Shown: positions 28,890 to 37,668 of the stretch, piece by piece | How positions within the stretch are numbered: the stretch's first letter is position 1 | How the letters are laid out: every line of letters starts with the position of its first letter | From: Candidatus Komeilibacteria bacterium CG11_big_fil_rev_8_21_14_0_20_36_20 | GTDB lineage: Bacteria > Patescibacteriota > Patescibacteriia > UBA1558 > GWA2-36-10 | Reading direction: 5' to 3' | DNA length: 54,850 bases | Assembly: GCA_002787405.1 (NCBI GenBank) | Contig: PCWQ01000014.1 | Coordinates: 1-54,850 of the forward strand | The notes under the pieces: generated by a model | Databases searched by the model: none | What the model saw: only the letters and a program-made list of their open reading frames with translations | What the model was told of the DNA's origin: nothing | Made by a program: the position numbers and the translations under genes

Positions 28890-29348
28890 ATGGAAAAAAA
28901 GGTATTAACTCAAGAAGGATTAAATAAATTAAAAAAAGAGTTAGATTATCTATCTAACACCAAAAGGCAGCAGGTGGCTGAGCGCATTAAACAAGCCAAG
29001 GAGTTCGGTGATTTATCAGAAAATGCCGAATATCAAGATGCGAAAGAAGAACAGAGTTTTGTGGCAGGCCGCGTGCATGAATTAGAGTATTTAATCAAAA
29101 CATCTGAAGTGGCCGACAGTAGTGATAATAAAGATTTGGTATCAGTTGGTTCGCAAGTAACAGTGGAGAAAAATGGACAAGTCACCACTTTTACCATTGT
29201 TGGTAGTACTGAAGCAGATCCTATTAATAATAAAATTTCTTTAGAGTCTCCCATGGGAGGAGCTTTATTAAATAGAAAAGTTGGTGAGGAGGTAGAAGTG
29301 GAATCACCGGTTGGAAAAATGATGTATAAAATTTTAGAAATAAACTAA
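28890..29348 (+). CDS. greA: Transcription elongation factor GreA
   Basis: GDLSENAEY, ISLESPMG. Confidence 0.97.
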   Translation: MEKKVLTQEGLNKLKKELDYLSNTKRQQVAERIKQAKEFGDLSENAEYQDAKEEQSFVAGRVHELEYLIKTSEVADSSDNKDLVSVGSQVTVEKNGQVTTFTIVGSTEADPINNKISLESPMGGALLNRKVGEEVEVESPVGKMMYKILEIN

Positions 29349-30361
29349 TGTTTATTAAAAAGATTGGAATTGATTTAGGGACAACCTACACTTTGGTTTA
29401 TATTCCTAAAAGGGGGATTGTTATTCATGAGCCATCAGTAGTGGCTATTTCAGTATTTGATAAAAAAGTAATGGCCGTAGGTGATGAAGCAAAAGAGATG
29501 ATTGGCCGTACACCTGATTCAATTGTAGCTGCTCGGCCGCTTAAGAGTGGAGTTATTGCTGACTATAAAACAACAGAAAGCATGTTAAAATATTTTATTA
29601 ACAAAGCAGTTGGTGGTATAAGAATTTTTCGACCAGAAGTGATGATTGCTGTGCCAGCTGGGATTACTTCTACAGAAAGAAGAGCGGTTATTGATGCTAC
29701 TTTAAATGCCGGCGCTAAAGCGGCTTATATTATTAAAGAGCCGATCGCTGCTGCTATTGGAGCGGATATTCCCATTGGTTCTGCTTCTGGGCATATGATT
29801 GTGGATATGGGCGGTGGAACCAGTGAAATTGCTGTTATTTCTTTAGGGGGCATTGTAGCCAATACTTCTGTAAGAATCGGCGGCAATCGTTATGATGCGG
29901 CTATTAGCGAACATATTAAAAAGAAATATAATTTAGCCATTGGCGAAAGAACAGCTGAAGATATTAAAATTAAAATTGGCTCAGCCCAATTTTTACCAAA
30001 AGAGGAAAAATTGTTTTTAGATATTAGAGGCAGAGATATGGTTACCGGTTTGCCTCGTACCGTTTCTGTCAACTCTGATGATGTCACCGAATCTCTACAA
30101 AATGAACTGCAAGGTTTGATTTCAGCTGTGAAGTCGGTTTTGTATAAAACTCCACCTGAATTGTCAGCTGATATTATGGATAAAGGTATGGTTTTGTCAG
30201 GTGGAACGGCTTTATTGCGTAATATGGATAAACTACTAGCGCAAGCTATTGGTGTGCCTGCCTATGTGGCTGATGATGCTTTACTATGTGTTGCTCGTGG
30301 TACGGGCATTGCTTTAGAAAATTTAGAATCTTATAAACGCAGTATTTTATCTGCTAAATAA
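29348..30361 (+). CDS. mreB: Rod shape-determining protein MreB/Mbl (copy 2)
   Basis: GIDLGTT, DMGGGTSE, LSGGTALL. Confidence 0.95.
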   Translation: MFIKKIGIDLGTTYTLVYIPKRGIVIHEPSVVAISVFDKKVMAVGDEAKEMIGRTPDSIVAARPLKSGVIADYKTTESMLKYFINKAVGGIRIFRPEVMIAVPAGITSTERRAVIDATLNAGAKAAYIIKEPIAAAIGADIPIGSASGHMIVDMGGGTSEIAVISLGGIVANTSVRIGGNRYDAAISEHIKKKYNLAIGERTAEDIKIKIGSAQFLPKEEKLFLDIRGRDMVTGLPRTVSVNSDDVTESLQNELQGLISAVKSVLYKTPPELSADIMDKGMVLSGGTALLRNMDKLLAQAIGVPAYVADDALLCVARGTGIALENLESYKRSILSAK

Positions 30362-30368
30362 TTAAATT

Positions 30369-31487
30369 ATGGCTACTATTGGTTTAGAAGCCACCCGGGC
30401 TAATAAAAAACATAAAACCGGTACTGAATGGTACGCCTGGCATTTGCTCCAGCAATTTAAAGAATTGGCTAACCTGCATAATAATAAGTTTATAGTTTAT
30501 TATAATCAGCCGTTAGATCAGGAGTTATCATCTGTGGCGGCTAATTTTTATTTTAAACAATTAAATTGGCCCTTTAGAAAATTCTGGACTCATTACCGAT
30601 TGGTGTGGGAATTGCTCTGGCATCCCGTAGATAAATTCTTTGCCAGCAATGCCGTACCCTTATTTATTCGCGGTGAAGTGATTTTAACCGTTCATGATCT
30701 GGGATTTTTAAAAAACCCAGAATTATATCATCCTTTAGAAAGAATTTATCAAAAAATATCCCACTGGTTAGCTATTAAAAGAGCTAATAAAATTATTACT
30801 ATCTCAAAAACAACTAAAAAAGACATTATTAAATATTTTCCTGAGTCTAAAAATAAAATTAAAGTTATTTATCTTGGCTATAATCAAGATGAATTTAAAC
30901 CAACGGTAAAGGAAGATAAGCAAAAGATTAAAAATAAATATCAGCTAGCAGAGAAATTTATTTTATATATTGGTCGTTTGGAAACTAAAAAAAATATTCA
31001 GAATTTAATCAAAGCGTATAAATTACTGCTAGATAAAAATTATAATTTAGTCTTGGCTGGTCGGCCTGGTAATTATGGTTATGATCAGATTTTAGATCTA
31101 GTTAAAGATCATCAAGATAATATAAAAATTTTAGGTTATATTAATCAAGTAGATTATCCTAAATTATTGGCGGCGGCTGATTTATTTGTTTTTCCTTCAA
31201 AGTTTGAAGGTTTTGGTTTGCCGGTTTTGGAAGCTATGGCCTCTGGCGTGCCGGTGGCTTGTTCGGATATTCCCGTTTTGCATGAAATTGCTGATCAGGA
31301 AGTTTTATTTTTTAATCCTGATGATTCTCAAGACATGGCTCAAAAAATTCAGCAATTAATTGAAGATAAGAATTTACAGTCAGATTTAATCAATAAAGGA
31401 TTACAAAAAGCCCATAATTTTTCTTGGCAAAAATGCGCTCAACAGACTTTAGAGTATATTGACCTGCCAAAGCCTAGCGAATGCTAG
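30369..31487 (+). CDS. Glycosyltransferase family 4
   Basis: TVHDL, GRLETKKN, EGFGLPVLEAM. Confidence 0.93.
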   Translation: MATIGLEATRANKKHKTGTEWYAWHLLQQFKELANLHNNKFIVYYNQPLDQELSSVAANFYFKQLNWPFRKFWTHYRLVWELLWHPVDKFFASNAVPLFIRGEVILTVHDLGFLKNPELYHPLERIYQKISHWLAIKRANKIITISKTTKKDIIKYFPESKNKIKVIYLGYNQDEFKPTVKEDKQKIKNKYQLAEKFILYIGRLETKKNIQNLIKAYKLLLDKNYNLVLAGRPGNYGYDQILDLVKDHQDNIKILGYINQVDYPKLLAAADLFVFPSKFEGFGLPVLEAMASGVPVACSDIPVLHEIADQEVLFFNPDDSQDMAQKIQQLIEDKNLQSDLINKGLQKAHNFSWQKCAQQTLEYIDLPKPSEC

Positions 31488-31564
31488 GCTTTGGATGGTA
31501 GGCAAATACAGTGATTAAATTTTTAAATTATTGACAAAATTACTATTATATGTTATATAATAGA

Positions 31565-31957
31565 AAAGGCTTAAATTGATTGAGATGATCGCTTTGATGT
31601 AAAAATCGGAGAGGAAAGTCCGAACACCTTAAAAAGAGTAGTTGGTAACACCAACCGTTTTAGATAGCAATATCTAAAACAGGACAAGTACAACAGAAAA
31701 TATTCCTATTCCGCTTTGCGGGGTTAAGGGTGAAATGATTAGCTAATAAGCTAATCCGTTCTGTTGGTGACAACAGAAATGAGGCAAACTCTACTTGGTG
31801 CAACTTTGAGTAGGCCGAGCTCAGTCAAGCTTAGCTTGATCAGTTCGGCGGGTTGAAGGCTTGATCTTGACGGCAACGTCAAGACTAGATAGATGATCGT
31901 CGCCCTTGCTTAGCAAGGGAACAGAATTCGGCTTATGATATCAATTTAGGCCTTTTT
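31565..31957 (+). ncRNA. rnpB: RNase P RNA
   Basis: GAGGAAAGTCCGAACAC and AACAGAATTCGGCTTA P4 signatures; ends pair (AAAAGGCTTAAATTGAT/ATCAATTTAGGCCTTTT); TTGACA promoter at 31531. Confidence 0.93.
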
Positions 31958-31970
31958 TAATTGTCTTTTT

Positions 31971-32040
31971 TATCCCGTTAGAAATTATTTATAAAGTTGT
32001 TGTTATTTTGGTTAAATTGCGTGAATTTCTAAACGGGATA
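31971..32040. repeat. MITE-like element, second copy
   Basis: TATCCCGTTAGAAATT / AATTTCTAAACGGGATA. Confidence 0.78.
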
Positions 32041-32074
32041 AATATTTACTAAAAAGCTATCAAGTGATATTATA

Positions 32075-33481
32075 ATGATAGCAGATTATATGAAAAAAGC
32101 TGATTTTATTATGAATATTGCCTTGATGCCGATTGATTTCGTTGTTTTATTTTTGGCGTCTATTTCTGCCTATTATTTAAGATTTTCTGATAGTATCACT
32201 CAACTTCGTCCGGTTTTATATGAAATGCCTAGTCATGATTATTTAATTTTGACTTTACAAATGGCTATTTTTGGCATTTTTATTTTTGCTTTATCCGGTT
32301 TTTATACCATGACCAGTAAAAAATTAACTACGGAATTACCGAAGATTTTTACAGGTGTTTCAATGATTGTTATTTTCTTAGTGCTGGCTATTTTTTTACA
32401 ACGAGAGTTATTTTCCTCTCGTTTTATTATAATTTTTGGCTGGGCGCTAGCTATTGTTTATTTATCTATTATTCGTCTGATTATCTTTTCTATTAGAGAT
32501 TATTTTTTTAAAAAAGGATACGGTTTAGCTAAAGTTATCGCTTTAGGTGAAGCTAACAATCGCCAGATCATTATCGATGCTTATAAAAAAAATCCTCGCC
32601 TAGGTTATCAGGTGGTTGGTGAGATTGATGATGTTAAAGAGTTGATGAAGTCTTCAGTGGCTAGAGATTTAATCAAGGAGAAACAAATTGACAGCATTAT
32701 TCAAACTGATTCTTCAATGTCTAAAGATGAAACATTGGATCTTTTGACTTTTTGTCAGGAGAATCACATTGCCTTAAAGTATGTGGCCAGTCTTTTTCAA
32801 ACACAAAATATTAATTTAAATTTAAGCAGTGTTGGTGGTTGGCCAATTGTAGAAATTAAAGCGTCACCTTTAGATGGTTGGCGTCGAGTCATCAAAAGAA
32901 TTTTTGATTTAATTGTCGCTCTTTTTTTACTGATTATTTTATCCCCTTTGTTTTTAATTTTAGCAATTGTTATTAAATCAACTTCCCTTGGTCCGATTTT
33001 TGTTAGTTTAGACAGAGTGGGTAGTAAAGATCAAAAATTTAAGCTTTATAAATTTCGTTCTATGATTAAAGAAGCGCATAAATTGAAAAAGGAAATGATG
33101 GTTTATAATGAAAGAAGTGATGGACCTTTATTCAAAATTAAAGATGATCCACGAGTTACTAAGTTTGGACGTTGGTTACGACGTACCAGTCTCGATGAAT
33201 TACCTCAACTATTTAATGTAGTTAAAGGGGAAATGAGTTTAGTAGGGCCTCGCCCTCATGAGCCAGAGGAAGTTTCTAGATATCAGCGTGGTTATAAAAA
33301 ATTACTGGCGATTAAACCAGGTATGACCGGCATGGCTCAAGTATCAGGCCGATCGAGCTTGCCTTTTTCCGAAGAAGCAAAACTAGATATTTTTTATGTG
33401 GAAAACTGGTCTATTTTGTTGGATTTAATAATTTTGATAAAAACCACAAAAGTATTTTTGAAGAACGATGAAGCTTGCTAA
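32075..33481 (+). CDS. Polyprenyl glycosylphosphotransferase (WcaJ/WbaP-like initiating sugar transferase)
   Basis: KRIFD, YKFRSM, DDPRVT, SLDELPQL, MSLVGPRP; the start may be ATG 32090. Confidence 0.93.
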   Translation: MIADYMKKADFIMNIALMPIDFVVLFLASISAYYLRFSDSITQLRPVLYEMPSHDYLILTLQMAIFGIFIFALSGFYTMTSKKLTTELPKIFTGVSMIVIFLVLAIFLQRELFSSRFIIIFGWALAIVYLSIIRLIIFSIRDYFFKKGYGLAKVIALGEANNRQIIIDAYKKNPRLGYQVVGEIDDVKELMKSSVARDLIKEKQIDSIIQTDSSMSKDETLDLLTFCQENHIALKYVASLFQTQNINLNLSSVGGWPIVEIKASPLDGWRRVIKRIFDLIVALFLLIILSPLFLILAIVIKSTSLGPIFVSLDRVGSKDQKFKLYKFRSMIKEAHKLKKEMMVYNERSDGPLFKIKDDPRVTKFGRWLRRTSLDELPQLFNVVKGEMSLVGPRPHEPEEVSRYQRGYKKLLAIKPGMTGMAQVSGRSSLPFSEEAKLDIFYVENWSILLDLIILIKTTKVFLKNDEAC

Positions 33482-33490
33482 TTTTGATTT

Positions 33491-34579
33491 ATGAAAAAGA
33501 TTGCTTTAGCTCATGATCATTTATTTCAGATAGGAGGCGCTGAAAAAGTTCTGGCCGCTTTAGCTAGCTTGGATGAAGAAGCGCCTATTTTTACATTAGT
33601 TAATAATACTAGAATTACGCAAAATATTTTAAAGCAGAGTCGTATCATAACTTCTAGTTTGCAAAAAATTCCCGGTACCAGTATTTTTAAAATTTTTAAA
33701 TATTTCTTAGTTTTTATGCCCAAAGTTTGGGAAAAAACAGACTTATCAGCTTATGATTTAATAATCAGTTCTTCATCAGCTTTTGTTAAAGGAGTTAAAA
33801 TCGGGAATAATTCTAGACATATTTGCTATTGCTATGCGCCAACCAGATATTTATGGGATGATAAAGAGGAATACATCGGTAATTTACCGGAAGGTAAAAT
33901 TTTAAAAATATTTTTGCCAAAAGTTTTAAATCGCTTACAAATTTGGGATTTTAATAAAGCCCAACAAATTGATTATTTTATTGCCACTTCCAAGTTTATT
34001 GCCGATAAGATTTTAAAACACTATAAAAAGAGAGCGATCATTATTTATCCGCCGGTAAAAATTGATGATTTTACCATCGTTGACCAAGTGGAGGATTATT
34101 ATTTGATTGTCAGTCGTTTACGTCCTTATAAAAAAGTTGACCTAGCGATTAAGGCCTTTAATAACCTAAAGCTACCTTTGAAAATTATCGGCGGCGGTTC
34201 TGAACTACGACGTTTAAAAAGAATGGCCCATAATAATATAGAGTTTTTGGGAGAATTAAATGATCAGGATCGAAATTATTATCTATCGCGCTGTAAAGCT
34301 TTTATTTATCCGCAAATAGAAGATTTTGGCATCACGGCCATTGAGGCCATGGCTTCCGGACGGCCAGTGATTGCTTATGCGGAAGGAGGAGCTTTAGAAA
34401 CAGTGGTGGAAGGAGTAACCGGAACGTTTTTTTATGATCAGACTTGGGAATCTTTGGCTCATAAAATTTTGCATTTTGATGACCGGAAATTTAATTCACA
34501 AATTTTACGCTCTCATGCGGCCCAATTTGATGAAGTAATTTTTAAACAAAAAATATTAAATTTTATCAATAGTTTATGA
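33491..34579 (+). CDS. Glycosyltransferase family 4
   Basis: GGAEKV, SRLRPYK, EDFGITAIEAMASG. Confidence 0.92.
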   Translation: MKKIALAHDHLFQIGGAEKVLAALASLDEEAPIFTLVNNTRITQNILKQSRIITSSLQKIPGTSIFKIFKYFLVFMPKVWEKTDLSAYDLIISSSSAFVKGVKIGNNSRHICYCYAPTRYLWDDKEEYIGNLPEGKILKIFLPKVLNRLQIWDFNKAQQIDYFIATSKFIADKILKHYKKRAIIIYPPVKIDDFTIVDQVEDYYLIVSRLRPYKKVDLAIKAFNNLKLPLKIIGGGSELRRLKRMAHNNIEFLGELNDQDRNYYLSRCKAFIYPQIEDFGITAIEAMASGRPVIAYAEGGALETVVEGVTGTFFYDQTWESLAHKILHFDDRKFNSQILRSHAAQFDEVIFKQKILNFINSL

Positions 34580-35703
34580 ACATCGGAATAGATATTAGAG
34601 CTCTAGGGCAGAAGAAAGTTACCGGCATTGGCAATTATATTGTTAATTCATTAAAGTATATTTTTGAGTTGGATAAAGTAAACAATTATTATTTGTTAAG
34701 TTCTGGTTTAAGAAGTAAAATTGATCCAGATATTAAGTTTAAACAAGAAAATGTTTCTTATATTCATGTCTCTATTCCAAATAAAATATTAAATCTTAGT
34801 CTAAAGGTAGGATTTTGTCGGAGCTTAAACAAATTTTTTCCAGAAAAAATTGATTTACTTTGGCTACCCAATATTAATTTTTATAAATTTGATCAGACTG
34901 TACCCACCATTCTCACTATTCATGATTTGTCCTTTTTACACAGTCGAGAATTTTACTCTCTCAAAAGAAGAATATGGCATAGATTTATCAATGTTGATCA
35001 GCTGGCTTCTGAAGTTGATAAAATTATTGCTGTTTCAGAAAATACGAGAAGAGATATTATTAGATTTTTAAACATACCTAAAGAAAAAATTTCTATGATT
35101 TATCCCGGGGTGGAAGTCAATAAGATGGACAGAGAGAAAGCTGCACAGCTAATTGCTCCCTTTAATCTGAAGAGAAAATATTTTATTTTTGTCGGTACTT
35201 TGGAACCAAGAAAAAACATCTCAGGTTTAATTAAAGCTTTTGATAGATATCGGGCTAAATATGAAGATACGGATTTAGTAATCGTTGGCAGTAAAGGATG
35301 GATTTATAGAAGTTTGATTAATAAAATTAATAAACGTCAATATATTCACTATTTAGGCTATATTAACGGTCCAACGAAGGATGCCTTATATTATTTGAGT
35401 CAGGGTTTGATTTGGCCTTCTTTTTATGAAGGTTTTGGCTTTCCGCCATTGGAGGCAGCTTATCATGGAGTACCGGTGATTGTCAGTTATAAAACATCTT
35501 TGCCAGAAGTTATGAAACAACAGGCCCTTTATATTGATCCTTATAACTCTTCCGATATTTACCAAGCTTTGAAGCAGTTGACTGTTGATAGGGCTTTAAG
35601 AGAACAGTTTAAGGTATCTGGAAAACATTTTTCAGTGCCTAATTGGACTAGGGAAGCCAAAAAGATTATCAGACTATTTGAATCGTTTAATAAGAATAAA
35701 TGA
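34576..35703 (+). CDS. Glycosyltransferase family 4
   Basis: TIHDL, GTLEPRKN, EGFGFPPLEA. Confidence 0.92.
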   Translation: MNIGIDIRALGQKKVTGIGNYIVNSLKYIFELDKVNNYYLLSSGLRSKIDPDIKFKQENVSYIHVSIPNKILNLSLKVGFCRSLNKFFPEKIDLLWLPNINFYKFDQTVPTILTIHDLSFLHSREFYSLKRRIWHRFINVDQLASEVDKIIAVSENTRRDIIRFLNIPKEKISMIYPGVEVNKMDREKAAQLIAPFNLKRKYFIFVGTLEPRKNISGLIKAFDRYRAKYEDTDLVIVGSKGWIYRSLINKINKRQYIHYLGYINGPTKDALYYLSQGLIWPSFYEGFGFPPLEAAYHGVPVIVSYKTSLPEVMKQQALYIDPYNSSDIYQALKQLTVDRALREQFKVSGKHFSVPNWTREAKKIIRLFESFNKNK

Positions 35704-36791
35704 AGATAGTTATTGATTTAAGAATATTTGGACTTGAGTCAGGCGGCCTGGGTCGCTATAATCAGAAATTGTTTGAAAATCTGATTGTTCTGGATGATAG
35801 GAATAATCAATATATTTTATTATTTAAAGAAAAGCCGGATGATCTTCCGCCACTACCGGATAATTTTAAAATTAAAGTCTGTAATTGTCATTGGTATACT
35901 TTAAAAGAACAAATAATTTTACCTTTTGTTTTATCAAAATTAAAGCCGGATTTAGTTCATTTTACTCACTTTAATGTGCCGTTATTTTATAAAGGAAAAT
36001 TTATTGTTACTATTCATGATTTAATTATGAGCCGTTTCCCTAGTCGGGGAGCTAGCACTTTGAATAGAGTTCTATTTTTTTTAAAATATCGTCTTTATAA
36101 TCAAATAATCAAACATGCAGTTAAAAAATCAATAAAGATCATTGCTGTTTCAAAATTTACAGCCCAAGATATTAAAGATTATTTTAAATTAAGTGAACAG
36201 GAAGCCAAAAAAATAAAAGTAATTTATGAAGGAGTGACTATTCCTCAAGCCACAGAAACCAAAATTGACCTGCTGGAAAGATTTTTTCTATATATTGGTA
36301 ATGCTTATCCTCATAAGAATTTAAAATTTTTAATTAAAGCTTTTCAAGAATTTTTAAAAAAGCATCCGGATTTTTATTTAATTTTAGTAGGTAATAAAGA
36401 TTATTTTTATCAGAGATTAATTAAAAAAATAAGTAATAAAAATATAATCTTTACCGGCTTTGTGCCGGACAATCAGCTGTCTAATTATTATCAACAGGCC
36501 ACGGCTTATATTTTCCCTTCTTTGTATGAAGGTTTTGGTTTGCCACCTTTGGAAGCCATGGCTTATAATTTGCCAGTTTTGTCCAGTAAAGCAGCTAGTT
36601 TGCCAGAAGTTTTAGGGCAAGCGGCTTTGTATTTTGATCCCGGCGACGAGCGTGATCTATTAAATAAAATGGAATTAATTGTCGATGATCAAAATTTGAG
36701 AGATAAATTAAAATCAGCTGGACAAGAACAGATTAAAAAATATTCTTGGCAAAAAATGGCTCAAAAAATAATAGAGTTTTATAGAAAATAA
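35700..36791 (+). CDS. Glycosyltransferase family 4
   Basis: TIHDL, GNAYPHKN, EGFGLPPLEAM. Confidence 0.92.
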   Translation: MKIVIDLRIFGLESGGLGRYNQKLFENLIVLDDRNNQYILLFKEKPDDLPPLPDNFKIKVCNCHWYTLKEQIILPFVLSKLKPDLVHFTHFNVPLFYKGKFIVTIHDLIMSRFPSRGASTLNRVLFFLKYRLYNQIIKHAVKKSIKIIAVSKFTAQDIKDYFKLSEQEAKKIKVIYEGVTIPQATETKIDLLERFFLYIGNAYPHKNLKFLIKAFQEFLKKHPDFYLILVGNKDYFYQRLIKKISNKNIIFTGFVPDNQLSNYYQQATAYIFPSLYEGFGLPPLEAMAYNLPVLSSKAASLPEVLGQAALYFDPGDERDLLNKMELIVDDQNLRDKLKSAGQEQIKKYSWQKMAQKIIEFYRK

Positions 36792-36801
36792 TTTTTAAAC
36801 C

Positions 36802-36839
36802 AAACATAAAAACTATCTGTAAAGATAGTTTTTATGTTT
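36802..36839. terminator. Bidirectional terminator
   Basis: Perfect 17-bp stem with GTAA loop between convergent genes. Confidence 0.8.
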
Positions 36840-36854
36840 AATAAAGAGAGAAAT

Positions 36855-37526
36855 TTAGGCCGCTTGCCTTATATCGTTTATATTTATTACTTTATCATCT
36901 TTACCTTCATCTGTTTCAAGTGTTTTTAACACATTTTGGACAAGTTCATAGGTCTTATTATCTCCGGCTTCCATTGCTGCCTCACCGAACTCTTTAAGTG
37001 TAGTTTTAGCTTCTTTTATCCGTAATTCATAATTTTCTTTTTTACCCTTAAAGTTATGATAAGGCCAATTTTCAGCAGTAAGATTATAATCATTACCGTC
37101 AACACTTGAAGTATAATAAAAATTTTTTTTTATCATTTCTTCAATTTCTTCTGGTTTTATTGGATCGGCTTTGGCAACATCTTCTTGACTTTGCTCGATA
37201 AATTTTTTAAAAGCGTCAATGTATTCCGTTGGGTGATTCACCGGATTTTCCGGTTTAAAATTAGTATGTCCGAAGTATAAAGCGCCATGCTTTACTGTGT
37301 TTTCTAAATGAGGATATTTAATTCCGTCCTCATCATTAGTTAATTCTGCATAAGCGCTACGGCCGCAATCTCCAGAAAAGTCAAAATAGTCTTTCCTTTC
37401 TTGCTCCATACGCTCTGCTTCAGATAGCTCAGTTTTCTTTTCTTTACTACCTTCTAAAATTCTAATACCCACTTTACCTCTTCTATCTATTGGAGGTTGA
37501 TCAGGTATAAATTTTCTGATTTCCAT
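36855..37526 (-). CDS. Hypothetical charged protein
   Basis: 223-aa ORF filling the gap; no recognisable domain. Confidence 0.75.
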   Translation of the reverse strand: MEIRKFIPDQPPIDRRGKVGIRILEGSKEKKTELSEAERMEQERKDYFDFSGDCGRSAYAELTNDEDGIKYPHLENTVKHGALYFGHTNFKPENPVNHPTEYIDAFKKFIEQSQEDVAKADPIKPEEIEEMIKKNFYYTSSVDGNDYNLTAENWPYHNFKGKKENYELRIKEAKTTLKEFGEAAMEAGDNKTYELVQNVLKTLETDEGKDDKVININDIRQAA

Positions 37527-37668
37527 AATTTTATAATTTTAATTATTGTCTAATTATATAGATAACATATCATATTATCTACTATTTATCAAATTGTTTT
37601 TAGAAGGCCGAGGTAAGTAAGGTGTTTTTTATTTTGTCTTTTTATTTAAATCTGTTATAATATAGTCA

